This document shows, in pieces, positions 30,404 to 39,891 of a DNA stretch of 64,000 bases. The DNA comes from Candidatus Poribacteria bacterium. Its GTDB lineage: Bacteria > Poribacteria > WGA-4E > PCPOR2b. The notes under the pieces were generated by a model. The model was not told the DNA's origin and made no database searches. It saw only the letters and a program-made list of their open reading frames with translations. The translations under genes were made by a program, and so were the position numbers. The stretch is from positions 7,256-71,255 of the forward strand of contig JAGWBT010000002.1 of the NCBI GenBank assembly GCA_021295755.1, written 5' to 3'. Numbering within the stretch: position 1 is the first letter of the stretch; each line of letters starts with the position of its first letter.

Positions 30404-31255
30404 ATGAAAAATCAAGATTTCAAACTGACGGATCAGCAAATCAATTTTTTTCAGACCTTTGGTTATCTAAGTTTTCCCGGACTTCTAGCAGACCGTAGCG
30501 AGGAAATCGTTGATGCGTTTGAGGCGGTTTGGGGGGAACGTGGAGGCGGTCATAACGGAAAACCTCACGAGGGGACAGCACGCTCCTGTATTGTTCCGTT
30601 CATTGATCAGAGCGAATACTTATCTTCTCTGTTGGACGACCCCCGTATATTGGGGATAACGACCACTCTTCTCGGCGACGATTTCAACTATATGGGTAGC
30701 GATGGAAACTACTACGTCGGCGATACACGCTGGCATTCCGATGGGGGACACAAACCGGAGGATCCTACCCACCTCAAAATTGCATTTTACCTTGACCATT
30801 TAAACCGCGACACCGGTGCGCTGCGAGTTATTCCAGGCAGCCATCTCTTTGGGGATGGTTACGCAGATCGGCTTCAGGAAGAGATTCGGGAGAGTGAGAC
30901 AGACTGGGGTGTTCATGGCAGGGACGTACCAGCAATCGCATTCGAGACACAGCCGGGGGATGTGGTTTGTTTCAATCACAATACCAAGCATGCTGCGTTT
31001 GGCGGTGGTACACGCCGACGGATGTTTACCATGAATCTCTGTGAACGTTACCCTGAAGACCGTTTGGAGGATCTACGCACCTACATTGGTAACTCAGCGC
31101 GGTTCTGGATTGACCGCAAATATGGTCCGAAGATGGTAGGTACTGCGGGACCAGAACGGTTGGTGCACCTAGAACAGGTGATGGCTAACGATGGGCATCT
31201 CGCTGAACTTTCTCGTAAAGCGCAGGAAACAATGAGCGAACCTTCGCGTGGGTAA
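30404..31255 (+). CDS. phytanoyl-CoA dioxygenase (PhyH) family oxygenase, paralog
   Basis: RWHSDGGH...VIPGSHL...HAAFGG matches the PhyH fold. The ATG is preceded by a GGAAAGGAG ribosome-binding site. Confidence 0.7.
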   Translation: MKNQDFKLTDQQINFFQTFGYLSFPGLLADRSEEIVDAFEAVWGERGGGHNGKPHEGTARSCIVPFIDQSEYLSSLLDDPRILGITTTLLGDDFNYMGSDGNYYVGDTRWHSDGGHKPEDPTHLKIAFYLDHLNRDTGALRVIPGSHLFGDGYADRLQEEIRESETDWGVHGRDVPAIAFETQPGDVVCFNHNTKHAAFGGGTRRRMFTMNLCERYPEDRLEDLRTYIGNSARFWIDRKYGPKMVGTAGPERLVHLEQVMANDGHLAELSRKAQETMSEPSRG

Positions 31256-31320
31256 TTTTTTCTATTGTAGCTTGTTTATTCTCTCATTTCACACAACTAC
31301 GATTTGTGTTCACGGGTTGG

Positions 31321-32361
31321 CTAAAAAGCGGATTGCACCCTTTCCGTCTTGCCACTCCTTGCAGACCGCTCGCACGCATCTAACACAGCGATGACCTTCG
31401 TACCGACCTCTGCGTTGATTAGTGGCTGTTTGTCGTGCTTGAGACAGTCTTCAAAATGTAGCATATAGCGCACCACTTCGCCGATATGTCCGACATCGGC
31501 AATCTCATCTGTCTCCATAGCAACAGCATCTTCGACGGGGATGACGCTGCGATGGTCATCATCGAAAATTGCCTGTCCATTGACAACACTGCCGGCAGTT
31601 CCGTAGACCGATAGCCCTAGCATTGGCATCGGTGCATGGCAGATACCGTAAAGCCCAAGCACACGTCCGAGCCGTCCATCCTCATAGATCAGATTGACCA
31701 TCCAGTTGTCGTTGAAATGTCCCTCGCCTGACGGATATCGCTCATCAATTCCGCTTTCGTGGGCAATTGCCTGTACGGCACTAGGGAAACCGAGAAACCA
31801 GATAATGAGATCCATCGGATGGCACACACCACCGTAGAGCGTTTTCTGAGGCATCTGGTGTCTCCAAGGTGTCGCTGTAAGCACACTGCGCATATCATGT
31901 ACATAATGGGCTTCGGCTGCGACGATATTGCCAAGTTTTCCAGACTCCATTAATCGGTGCGTGTGCATGAAGTCTGGTCGGAAGCGACAGGTCTGTCCCA
32001 CCATGAGTTTCAAACCGGTCTCACGCGTCTTCTGTAATACACGAACCGCATCGTCGAGGCTGTCAACGAAGCCTTTTGTACAGATTATATGTCTACCACA
32101 ATTGAGGGCATCAAGGCAGTGCTGTGCATGGAGCGGATCCGGTGTGTAGATGCCTACGATGTCAATTTCATCCCGCTGGAGGAGTTCCCGATAATCTATC
32201 GTTGCGAACGGGACGTTATGTTCGGTACGGATACTTTCGAGCCGATTCGCATCTGTATCACAAATCCCTCGGATTTCCAGATCAGTATCGGGAATCTGTC
32301 GAATCCCAAACATTGACTTCCCCATTCCCAATCCAATAATACCGACGCCAATTTTTTCCAT
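31321..32361 (-). CDS. Gfo/Idh/MocA family NAD(P)-dependent oxidoreductase
   Basis: N-terminal Rossmann sequence MEKIGVGIIGLGMGK and the C-terminal GFO_IDH_MocA_C fold. The ORF extends 9 codons upstream. Confidence 0.8.
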   Translation of the reverse strand: MEKIGVGIIGLGMGKSMFGIRQIPDTDLEIRGICDTDANRLESIRTEHNVPFATIDYRELLQRDEIDIVGIYTPDPLHAQHCLDALNCGRHIICTKGFVDSLDDAVRVLQKTRETGLKLMVGQTCRFRPDFMHTHRLMESGKLGNIVAAEAHYVHDMRSVLTATPWRHQMPQKTLYGGVCHPMDLIIWFLGFPSAVQAIAHESGIDERYPSGEGHFNDNWMVNLIYEDGRLGRVLGLYGICHAPMPMLGLSVYGTAGSVVNGQAIFDDDHRSVIPVEDAVAMETDEIADVGHIGEVVRYMLHFEDCLKHDKQPLINAEVGTKVIAVLDACERSARSGKTERVQSAF

Positions 32362-32764
32362 GTTGCTATCCTTCCTGTTTCGATGCAATTAATGAATTTT
32401 TGAACTAATGAACTCTTAAACTCAATGATTTCATGGGGCGGAAGTTACGGCATACGAAGTATGCCTAATACCAGCGACTTGGGTTAACTTTAATGGATTT
32501 TTAGGGAAAACGCAAGGCTACTGAAGCAATTATATCGAACAATAGAATTTTGCTTGTATAAAAATTCGGTTTGTGCTACAATATGACAAATCTTTGGGTG
32601 CGCTTTAGCGTATCATGCTGTATTGCAGGTTAGATTCCTGCTCTAGTAACTTGCACCAGCAAACCTAACCTCAACTGTGATGTTTGTGTATTGATACACG
32701 ATTGGTTGATGGTTTAGTAGAACCCATGATTCTACAACTTGAATGTTTCAGTAGGAAATATATC

Positions 32765-33049
32765 ATGCAGACATCTCACTGGATAGCCCTGTCTATAGGG
32801 CTATTTGCAGTCTTAGGTGGATTCACTGGTTTGGGGGTTTTGCTATTCAGTCTGCACAAATCAACAACGAGATATTTTGATGCCAAGTTTGAACAAGTTG
32901 ACATAAGGTTTGAACAAGTTGACACAAGGTTTGAACATATCGAAGTTAGATTCAACAATATCGAAAAGAGGCTATCAGAATTGTCCGATAGTATTGCAGC
33001 TCTGAATAAAGCCCACATCGATCACTTGGATCATCATATTACCAACTGA
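32765..33049 (+). CDS. hypothetical membrane-anchored repeat protein (FEQVD-R octapeptide repeats)
   Basis: An N-terminal TM helix (IALSIGLFAVLGGFTGLGVLLF) is followed by FEQVDIRFEQVDTRFEHIEVRFNNIEKR, encoded by 24-bp tandem DNA repeats. No known motif. It may lie inside degenerate intron sequence. Confidence 0.3.
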   Translation: MQTSHWIALSIGLFAVLGGFTGLGVLLFSLHKSTTRYFDAKFEQVDIRFEQVDTRFEHIEVRFNNIEKRLSELSDSIAALNKAHIDHLDHHITN

Positions 33050-33255
33050 AAAGTCATCGTGGGAAGCAGGGGGAAACGGTGAATACAACGAGAGAATGTA
33101 GACTCTTTCATGCACATCAGGTTAGAGTGGCATGACTAAATTGAAAGATGAACTGATGTCGGAAGCCTCATAAATACCGAACAGGTGAATCCACAATAAT
33201 AAGTTTGTAACCAATAAGGTATTGAACCTAGGTTGATGTTTCCAATATGCAGTTA

Positions 33256-33636
33256 TCAGCATTGAGGGTTTTGGCTATAGACCGAATCTGTCGAGTGAAC
33301 ACTGGCAAGTATACTGCTGGAGTTGATGGAGTTTCTACTCCGTGAACAAAAGCAGAACGCCTTGACTTTATGACAGAATTGTTCTATAATCTTGATATAA
33401 CCAAAGAATCCGACCCCATAAGGCGGGTATACATACCCAAATCCGAGGGCAAACAGTGTCCTTTGGGTATTCCTACAATTCGACATTTTCGATTCTTCAA
33501 TATCGAATATCTGAACACAACCAATGGGTTGATTGCCGCCAATCATCATTTATAAATCGGCGAACCGTGTGCGGTGAAAGTCGCACGCACGGTTCTGATA
33601 GGGAGAAAGATAAAACGATTTATCCTACCTATCCAT
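33256..33636 (+). mobile_element. group II intron remnant: degenerate intron-encoded RT fragment followed by canonical domain V and a domain VI-like hairpin
   Basis: The ORF fragment carries RT motif 0 (TGKYTAGVDGVSTP, then an in-frame TGA) and motif 1 (RRVYIPKSEGKQCPLGIPTIR), then diverges and stops. At 33562-33595, GAACCGTGTGCGGTGAAAGTCGCACGCACGGTTC folds as a 34-nt domain V: a 10-bp lower stem, a 2-nt AC bulge on the 3' strand, a 4-bp upper stem and a GAAA tetraloop. A domain VI-like hairpin with bulged A lies at 33597-33633. The 5' boundary was not identified. Confidence 0.55.
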
Positions 33637-33703
33637 ACAAATTGTCATACCATAAACCATATTCATTCACTTTAGAATGAATTATCTCTTCGAGGAGGTA
33701 ACA

Positions 33704-34576
33704 ATGAGAAGTATAGCAGGAATAACAATTGTTAGCATTTTTGTTTTTAGTATTATCCTCAGTGGCTGCGGCAAATTGAGCAAAGAAGAGTTTGCCATGG
33801 AGATGGATAAATACAACCAAGAAAATGCATCGGCACACACCGATTTGGGCAACCAAGTCTCTGAGCTTAGTGGCAAGGTTGATGCTCAAGGGGATGCTTT
33901 GAGGTCGGAGGTGTCTATGGCAAAAGAAGCCGCTATTACCGCCTCTCAACAAGGTGATGCGGATACAATTTCAGCCGCCAAAGAGGTAGCTGAAAGTGGG
34001 GATGCCAAACTGCGTGAGGAACTCATGCAGACCGCAGATATGGTTAGCGAAAAGGCGCAACAGGCCGCCGCATCTGGAGATCAGAAACTCCAAGACCAGA
34101 TTGCTGCAGTTGAGGATACAACCAAAATGCAAGCCCAAAAGATATCCGATTTGGAAGCTGCACTCATGGAGACAAAAAAGGCTCTCACTGCAACTAAAGA
34201 GATGGCTGCTGCCAAACCAATGATGGTGGCTACAGTTCAGTTCCCCAGTGGGAAAATCGGCTTGACTGCGGCTGCCATGGAAACCCTTGATAAAGCAGTA
34301 GCAAAGATTCAAGCAGATGCTGAGGCATCGGTACTCGTCAAAGGGCACGCGGATGGCAGCCCTGTACTAAGGGGAAGATACCGCAGCAACTGGGATCTTT
34401 CTCAAGCCCGCGCAGATTCGGTTGTGCAATATCTCCAGAGCAAAGGCGTAACGAATACAATTCAATCTCGTGGACTTGGACATACGGAACCTATCGCTCC
34501 AGTTAAGACGAGAGAGGGGCGCGCCCAGAACCGGCGAGCAGAAGTCATTATCTTGCCAGCTGGTTCGATGATGTAG
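33704..34576 (+). CDS. OmpA family lipoprotein with coiled-coil linker
   Basis: GAGGAGG ribosome-binding site. Lipobox ILSGCGK and an Ala/Gln-rich helical segment. The C-terminal OmpA-like peptidoglycan-binding domain reads VLVKGHADGSP...NWDLSQARADSVVQYL...NRRAEVIIL. Confidence 0.8.
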   Translation: MRSIAGITIVSIFVFSIILSGCGKLSKEEFAMEMDKYNQENASAHTDLGNQVSELSGKVDAQGDALRSEVSMAKEAAITASQQGDADTISAAKEVAESGDAKLREELMQTADMVSEKAQQAAASGDQKLQDQIAAVEDTTKMQAQKISDLEAALMETKKALTATKEMAAAKPMMVATVQFPSGKIGLTAAAMETLDKAVAKIQADAEASVLVKGHADGSPVLRGRYRSNWDLSQARADSVVQYLQSKGVTNTIQSRGLGHTEPIAPVKTREGRAQNRRAEVIILPAGSMM

Positions 34577-34608
34577 CACTTCACACTGTATCTAGCTTTA
34601 AGGGAAAT

Positions 34609-34653
34609 TGGATGGAATCTGCTTCATCCCAATTTCCCTTTTTTTATGGTAAT
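34609..34653 (+). terminator. rho-independent terminator
   Basis: GGGAAATTGG...CCAATTTCCC stem followed by TTTTTTT, about 35 nt after the OmpA-family stop. Confidence 0.65.
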
Positions 34654-34871
34654 TAAGGTGCTAAAAAGTTCGTAGATCGAGTTTCTATACTCAATAGTGA
34701 CTAGAAGAGTTGCTGTGCAAGGAACATTGTTTTTCCGGGCTTATCATACGTCATCCGAATAATATATATCTGTTGTTCTGCTGGAACTTTAAGAGTCAGA
34801 CTAGGAAACCTGCGCTGCCAACACTCAGTGGCATATAGAGTACCAATTGTAAGTTACCGTCTGGAAAGCAC

Positions 34872-35339
34872 ATGGCAAGTAAGAACCAACTATTTGAAAC
34901 AAAAACAGAATTTATCGGCACACGCGGCGTTAGAGAGTACCGTGAGACCATCCCTGTTTGGGTGAATACAAGTGATGTTGTGCTAGAAATCGGTTGTGAG
35001 TGGGGCACAACAACTGCGTTGATTGCGCCACATTGTAAGAAGGTCATTGGTACTGACATCAGTTCTAAGTGTATCGAGCGTGCACGGGAAATGCATCCTG
35101 ACCTGCACTTTGAGGTCCTAGATGGATTCGATGTTAAAGCAGCGCTTGAGTTTGGTGAACAGTTTAACAAGATTTATATTGATATATCCGGTTTATCCGG
35201 CTACCGGTCTCTGCTTGATACAATTTCTTTACTCATGATGTATGCGACTGTGCTGCGGCCCGAAGCAATTATCGTTAAAAGTGGCGCGCTCAAACGTTTT
35301 GCTGCACACTGTATCCCGTGGCGGTCAGCGTCATCTTAA
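34872..35339 (+). CDS. small class I SAM-dependent methyltransferase-like protein
   Basis: Motif I-like VLEIGCEWGTT and motif II-like KVIGTDIS in only 155 aa. Confidence 0.4.
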   Translation: MASKNQLFETKTEFIGTRGVREYRETIPVWVNTSDVVLEIGCEWGTTTALIAPHCKKVIGTDISSKCIERAREMHPDLHFEVLDGFDVKAALEFGEQFNKIYIDISGLSGYRSLLDTISLLMMYATVLRPEAIIVKSGALKRFAAHCIPWRSASS

Positions 35340-35402
35340 TCATCGTTTGAGGAGATTTTGGTCAATCCAGTGCCAGACTGATCGATTGCCGTTTCGCGCA
35401 CC

Positions 35403-36137
35403 ATGCACCTCCCACAGGGTCCTGTCACTTATAAATATGTAGAGGTTGGTAAGACACTCTATCAAGCGGTGTCAACGCGGACACCGCGATTTCCGCCTCG
35501 TGTTGCGTATGTGATGCTTAACTCGCTATTTGAGGAAGAGCGGGAGCCAATCACGGTGTATGATCCGTTCTGCGGTAACGGCGTCATCCTCTGCACAGCA
35601 TACCTTCTTTTTTGGCGGAAAATAAAAAAATTGATCGGGGCAGACCTGCATCCAGTTGTGTTAGAAACAGCGCAGCAAAATTTTCAGTGGATGAAGGAGC
35701 AGAACGCCCTTGAGCAACGGTTACACGCAATCCAGGCGTACAAAACCGAGAATGATGAACTGAAAAGGTCCTATCAGAAGCGGTGCCGATTAATCTTCAA
35801 TCACGCGCAACAGATTCACCTTGAGGTGGAACTCTTGCAACATGATGCAACTCGGATTCAGGATCATCTGGCTTTGATTGATGGCAAGGTCGCGCTCGTC
35901 ACGGATCCGCCTTACGCTCACAATGACCATTGGCATCCAAAAGATGGACCTGAATCAGCGGATTTTGGTCCTCTTGAGCCGTTTCTTCAACAGATTGCAG
36001 AAGCGCCAAATGTGGCTACGCTCCTAATCTGTTACCGAGTCGATCAGCCAATTCGCAGGTTGTTGGAGACGTACTTTATGGTGACGCCGCTCGGTGGAAC
36101 AAAAGGTAGAGCCATCTACCGATGCCAACCGAGATGA
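35403..36137 (+). CDS. putative N6-adenine/N2-guanine-type methyltransferase (DPPY motif)
   Basis: Motif I VYDPFCGNGVIL and motif IV LVTDPPYAHND are present, with a long helical insertion between them. Confidence 0.5.
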   Translation: MHLPQGPVTYKYVEVGKTLYQAVSTRTPRFPPRVAYVMLNSLFEEEREPITVYDPFCGNGVILCTAYLLFWRKIKKLIGADLHPVVLETAQQNFQWMKEQNALEQRLHAIQAYKTENDELKRSYQKRCRLIFNHAQQIHLEVELLQHDATRIQDHLALIDGKVALVTDPPYAHNDHWHPKDGPESADFGPLEPFLQQIAEAPNVATLLICYRVDQPIRRLLETYFMVTPLGGTKGRAIYRCQPR

Positions 36138-36200
36138 CGTTGATATGTGCAATGTAGTGACAACCAAGAACAGAATGGGACCGTTGACAATTCGCAAGAA

Positions 36201-36914
36201 ATGAACAGATCTTATACAGTACCTCCATTGTTGCTCATAGTGCTTATTGGCTGTTTCGTGGGAAATATCTCACTTGAATCAGCGGTTGTCTCAGAGACGC
36301 CAACTGAAGGCGAACAGACGAACCTATTGCCGGATTTTATGAGGCGTGGCGTCGAATCCACATCGTTTCACATCGCTTTCTTTTCCTACAAGCCAAACTT
36401 AGAGCAGCTCACAGGGTTGCTGAACAGTCTCGGTGCGCCAGCGCTCAACGCCGGGTTGATGCCCGTTGCTTCGGTGAAACTGAAGCACACGACGGAGCTA
36501 TCTTCCCAAATAGCACTTGGGTATTGGACGAATGAAACGGTACTACCGCCGCCAACTGCTGCGGACCTTTCCGCGACCTTTATCCCCATTTCGTTCAGTT
36601 TGCTCTACCGTCCGGTGATGCTTTATGACTTTCTGCCGCTTTATGTTGGGGGTGGCGTTGGGTATTCACACTTGAGTGTTGACGGCAGCGGTCTTGTCCT
36701 ATTGGCGGAACAAGGAATCGTTCTTGATAACGGGAATTCTGGTTTGACAGGGTATGTGCAGATTGGGTTAACCTATCTACTTCTCGACGATCGGCTTACC
36801 CTTACCCTTGAGGCAAAGCGGATCCTTAAGACGTTCAAGGGGAGCGGGGCGCTTCCCTTCGATCTTGATTTTGACGGCACAGCGATTGGCGTGGGGATTG
36901 GACTACACTTCTGA
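36201..36914 (+). CDS. hypothetical outer-membrane beta-barrel protein
   Basis: Signal peptide, alternating hydrophobic beta-strand pattern, and a C-terminal aromatic residue (…GIGLHF). Confidence 0.4.
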   Translation: MNRSYTVPPLLLIVLIGCFVGNISLESAVVSETPTEGEQTNLLPDFMRRGVESTSFHIAFFSYKPNLEQLTGLLNSLGAPALNAGLMPVASVKLKHTTELSSQIALGYWTNETVLPPPTAADLSATFIPISFSLLYRPVMLYDFLPLYVGGGVGYSHLSVDGSGLVLLAEQGIVLDNGNSGLTGYVQIGLTYLLLDDRLTLTLEAKRILKTFKGSGALPFDLDFDGTAIGVGIGLHF

Positions 36915-36919
36915 GGAGA

Positions 36920-37444
36920 ATGAAGTTGAACGCGGATTCTTTGAAAGATAAAACAGCTAGAGAAATCTTGCCTTGGCTCGCTTGGGCATGTCTAATCGCA
37001 ATTTTAGGTTGTGAGACCGGTGTAATAGACAATTTCGAAGGTATCAAGGTCGAAACCACTTTTCGGCCTGATCGGATTGATTTCGACATTTTTCTGTTGA
37101 ATGAGAACGGTCGGCCGTTGATCCAGACTGGAAGTATCTTGACACCGGGAACTGGTCCTAGGAGCCTCTCGGAGTCCAAATTCACAGCACATGTCGAGAT
37201 CTACTCAATGCGGAATGATGCTAGAAGCAAAAAAGTCTACGATGGACGTCCCATAGATTTGCGATGGGGGGCACTCGGTGGAAACCGTAGGGTCCTTTTT
37301 GCAGAAATACCCCATCGGCTGATTGAAGAAGATGAGCAGCGTGACACGAGGAGGGGCGTGATTATTGTCACATTGCAAACGGACAAACAGGGGCCATTTA
37401 AGGATACTCTGGGGAAGGCACAGATTTATAGCCGGGTGCCCTAA
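36920..37444 (+). CDS. hypothetical lipoprotein
   Basis: Lipobox LIAILGCETG. No known motif. Confidence 0.4.
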   Translation: MKLNADSLKDKTAREILPWLAWACLIAILGCETGVIDNFEGIKVETTFRPDRIDFDIFLLNENGRPLIQTGSILTPGTGPRSLSESKFTAHVEIYSMRNDARSKKVYDGRPIDLRWGALGGNRRVLFAEIPHRLIEEDEQRDTRRGVIIVTLQTDKQGPFKDTLGKAQIYSRVP

Positions 37445-37606
37445 TTTAATCAGCAATCTCCAATATTTTCTCTCCCTATGTTTATTCGATTAACCTTCCT
37501 GAATTCTTATCACACAATTTTAGTTAATCCCTTCTTCCCTTTTTTCGTCATTCTAATAGCTAAATATACACTATAGCCGAACCCCTAAGCACCAAAAGAA
37601 GAAAGT

Positions 37607-39835
37607 ATGAGTTTCGATCTGCGTCAATTCCCTGAAATTAGAAGATACCTGTTTCTTTTAAGTTTTATATTCTTATTTCCGATCTGCATAAGCTCTGCCT
37701 CTGAACCGATAGAATATCGAGCCGAGGCGTATCGAACTTTTCAGAGCATTGAGATTGACGGGGATTTCAATGAAACCGATTGGCAGCATGCAAAACTGAT
37801 AAATCAGTTTGTCCAAACCGAACCTGATGAAGGCGTGCCGATAACTGAATCGACAGCGGTCCGCATCCTTTACGATGAGAAAAACATCTACTTCGGTTTT
37901 ACCTGTTCAAGTTCATGGCGTGATAGCATTGTTGCCAACGAAATGCGTCGAGATGCAGAAAATTTGCGTGAGAACGATAATGTTTTCATCCTTTTGGATA
38001 CCTACAACGATAAACGTAATGGGGTTTTCTTCCGCATCAATCCATTAGGTGCGATGCAGGATATAGCGTTGACAAACAGCGGAGATAGCCAGAACAGGAG
38101 TTGGGATGCCGTATGGGACTGTCGCTCCAAGATCAATGATGACCATTGGACAACGGAGATTGCTATTCCCTTTAGTCAACTCCGTTTCAACAGAAGCGAG
38201 TCGATGGTCTGGGGTATAAATTTTGGACGAACCATCCGGCAAAAGAATGAAGAGGCAACGTGGGTTCCCGTATCGAGACAGTATGGCAGTCGATCGAAAT
38301 ATCGAACCGCTAACCTCGGCAGCCTAGTTGGTTTGGCAGGCATAACTCCGTCTAGGCGGCTTGAAGTTCTGCCTTATGTTTTACCGGGGGTGAGCCGAAT
38401 CGAGGGCGAGGAGGGCACCGATGGGGTATTCGACATTGGATTAGATCTCAAGTACGGTTTAACCTCGAACCTTACCGCAGATCTGACTCTTAACACCGAC
38501 TTTGCGCAAGTTGAAGCGGATCAGGAACAGGTCAACTTGACGCGCTTCAGTTTGTATTTCCCGGAGAAGCGTCCCTTCTTCTTGGAAGGCGCCGGATTAT
38601 TTGATTTCGGTATTCCTCGCCCCAGTTTCTTTAGTCCTCCTCCGTTAATTCTCTTTTACAGTCGTCGCATCGGTCTTGAGGAAGGTTACGCCATTCCGAT
38701 TCTCGGTGGGGGCAAGATTACAGGCAAAATGGGACCATACGGCATTGGTCTGTTGAATGTGTTGACAGATGAGTTTCACACGGATCCATCGGTTACGGAT
38801 GAAGACGATATTGTTGATCTGTCTAGGACAAACTACTCCGTGCTGCGTGTGACGCGAGATCTCTTCAGTGGTTCTAGCATCGGGGCGATTGCGATTAATA
38901 AACAGGATACGGATACATACAACCGCGCGGGAGGATTGGACTTCGCATATCGTCCAAACGACAGTATTGATGTGCGTGGACTGTGGGCACGGACTTATGA
39001 GGAGGAGGTTTCTGGCAAGAATGATGCGATGTACTTTGGCGGTACTTGGCGAAACAGTCTACTTCGATTTAATGGAACATATACGTTCATCGGTGAGGAT
39101 TTCAACCCTGAGGTCGGATTCGTCCGTCGTCAGGGCAGCCGACGATTCCGTGGACAGATGCGTTTTACCCCTTGGCCCAGAAAATTCGGTGTTCGCCGCA
39201 TTTTCATGGGACCGGAGGTTGACTATATCCTCAACCAAGATGATGAACTGGAAACGCGGGAGTTTTCACTCACCAATTGGTTTCAACTTGAGCAGGGCAG
39301 TTGGATCAACGTTGAGATTCGACGAACCTCTGAATTTCTCGACGAGGATTTTGAAATCCGAGAGGGCGTTATCATACCAGTTGACGATTACAATTTAACT
39401 ACCCTCAGAACGATGATCGATACGGATGAAGGAAGGAAAATTTCGGGTCGATTCGGGGCAAATTACGGTACCTTTTTTAACGGTACAAATCGTGGGTTTG
39501 ATATCCAAGCGAACTTTAAACCGAGCGGCCGCCTCGCCTTTGAAACGCAATATCAATTTAACCGGGTGAATCTCCCGAGTGAAGATCCTTTCAATGTGAA
39601 TATTTTCGGGAGCCGTATTGTTTATTCTTTCACCACAACTCTTTTTGCGAAGTTGTTCGCCCAATGGAACAGCGATGATGAACTGATTTCCGCCAATTTC
39701 CTGCTGAACTACATCTACCGTCCCGGCAGCGATTTCTACCTCGTTTTCAATCGGATTTATGATAGTGGTAGCGCGAAAACGACACCTGGGGAATCTACGG
39801 TTGTTGCAAAGATGACTTATTGGTGGAATCCGTAA
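37607..39835 (+). CDS. DUF5916-like outer-membrane protein with N-terminal CBM9-like domain (paralog 1 of 4)
   Basis: 742 aa with a signal peptide. N-terminal EYRAEAYRTFQSIEIDGDFNETDWQHA...DTYNDKRNG resembles carbohydrate-binding family 9/DOMON-like domains. Conserved core LTADLTLNTDFAQVEADQEQVNLTRFSLYFPEKRPFFLEGAG, and a C-terminal TYWWNP. About 60-70% aa identity to the ORFs at 39892, 42270 and 48514. The family name is from memory. Confidence 0.75.
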   Translation: MSFDLRQFPEIRRYLFLLSFIFLFPICISSASEPIEYRAEAYRTFQSIEIDGDFNETDWQHAKLINQFVQTEPDEGVPITESTAVRILYDEKNIYFGFTCSSSWRDSIVANEMRRDAENLRENDNVFILLDTYNDKRNGVFFRINPLGAMQDIALTNSGDSQNRSWDAVWDCRSKINDDHWTTEIAIPFSQLRFNRSESMVWGINFGRTIRQKNEEATWVPVSRQYGSRSKYRTANLGSLVGLAGITPSRRLEVLPYVLPGVSRIEGEEGTDGVFDIGLDLKYGLTSNLTADLTLNTDFAQVEADQEQVNLTRFSLYFPEKRPFFLEGAGLFDFGIPRPSFFSPPPLILFYSRRIGLEEGYAIPILGGGKITGKMGPYGIGLLNVLTDEFHTDPSVTDEDDIVDLSRTNYSVLRVTRDLFSGSSIGAIAINKQDTDTYNRAGGLDFAYRPNDSIDVRGLWARTYEEEVSGKNDAMYFGGTWRNSLLRFNGTYTFIGEDFNPEVGFVRRQGSRRFRGQMRFTPWPRKFGVRRIFMGPEVDYILNQDDELETREFSLTNWFQLEQGSWINVEIRRTSEFLDEDFEIREGVIIPVDDYNLTTLRTMIDTDEGRKISGRFGANYGTFFNGTNRGFDIQANFKPSGRLAFETQYQFNRVNLPSEDPFNVNIFGSRIVYSFTTTLFAKLFAQWNSDDELISANFLLNYIYRPGSDFYLVFNRIYDSGSAKTTPGESTVVAKMTYWWNP

Positions 39836-39891
39836 CGCATGAAACATAGCACATTTTTAAATATTTGATTTTTTCGCAAAGGAAACTGTCT

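Noticed and set aside
32885-32960. Tandem 24-bp repeats considered as a possible CRISPR-like or minisatellite array
   Set aside because: Only about 2.5 units with no spacers and in-frame coding periodicity (8 codons). They are not CRISPR. They were kept as a finding, a coding tandem repeat, with low interest.
38868-39398. 176-aa alternate-frame ORF inside DUF5916 paralog 1 (and similar ones at 41186-41569 and 43966-44253)
   Set aside because: Out of frame with strongly conserved paralogous protein sequence. Their presence in all paralogs reflects shared nucleotide sequence, not a conserved overlapping gene.
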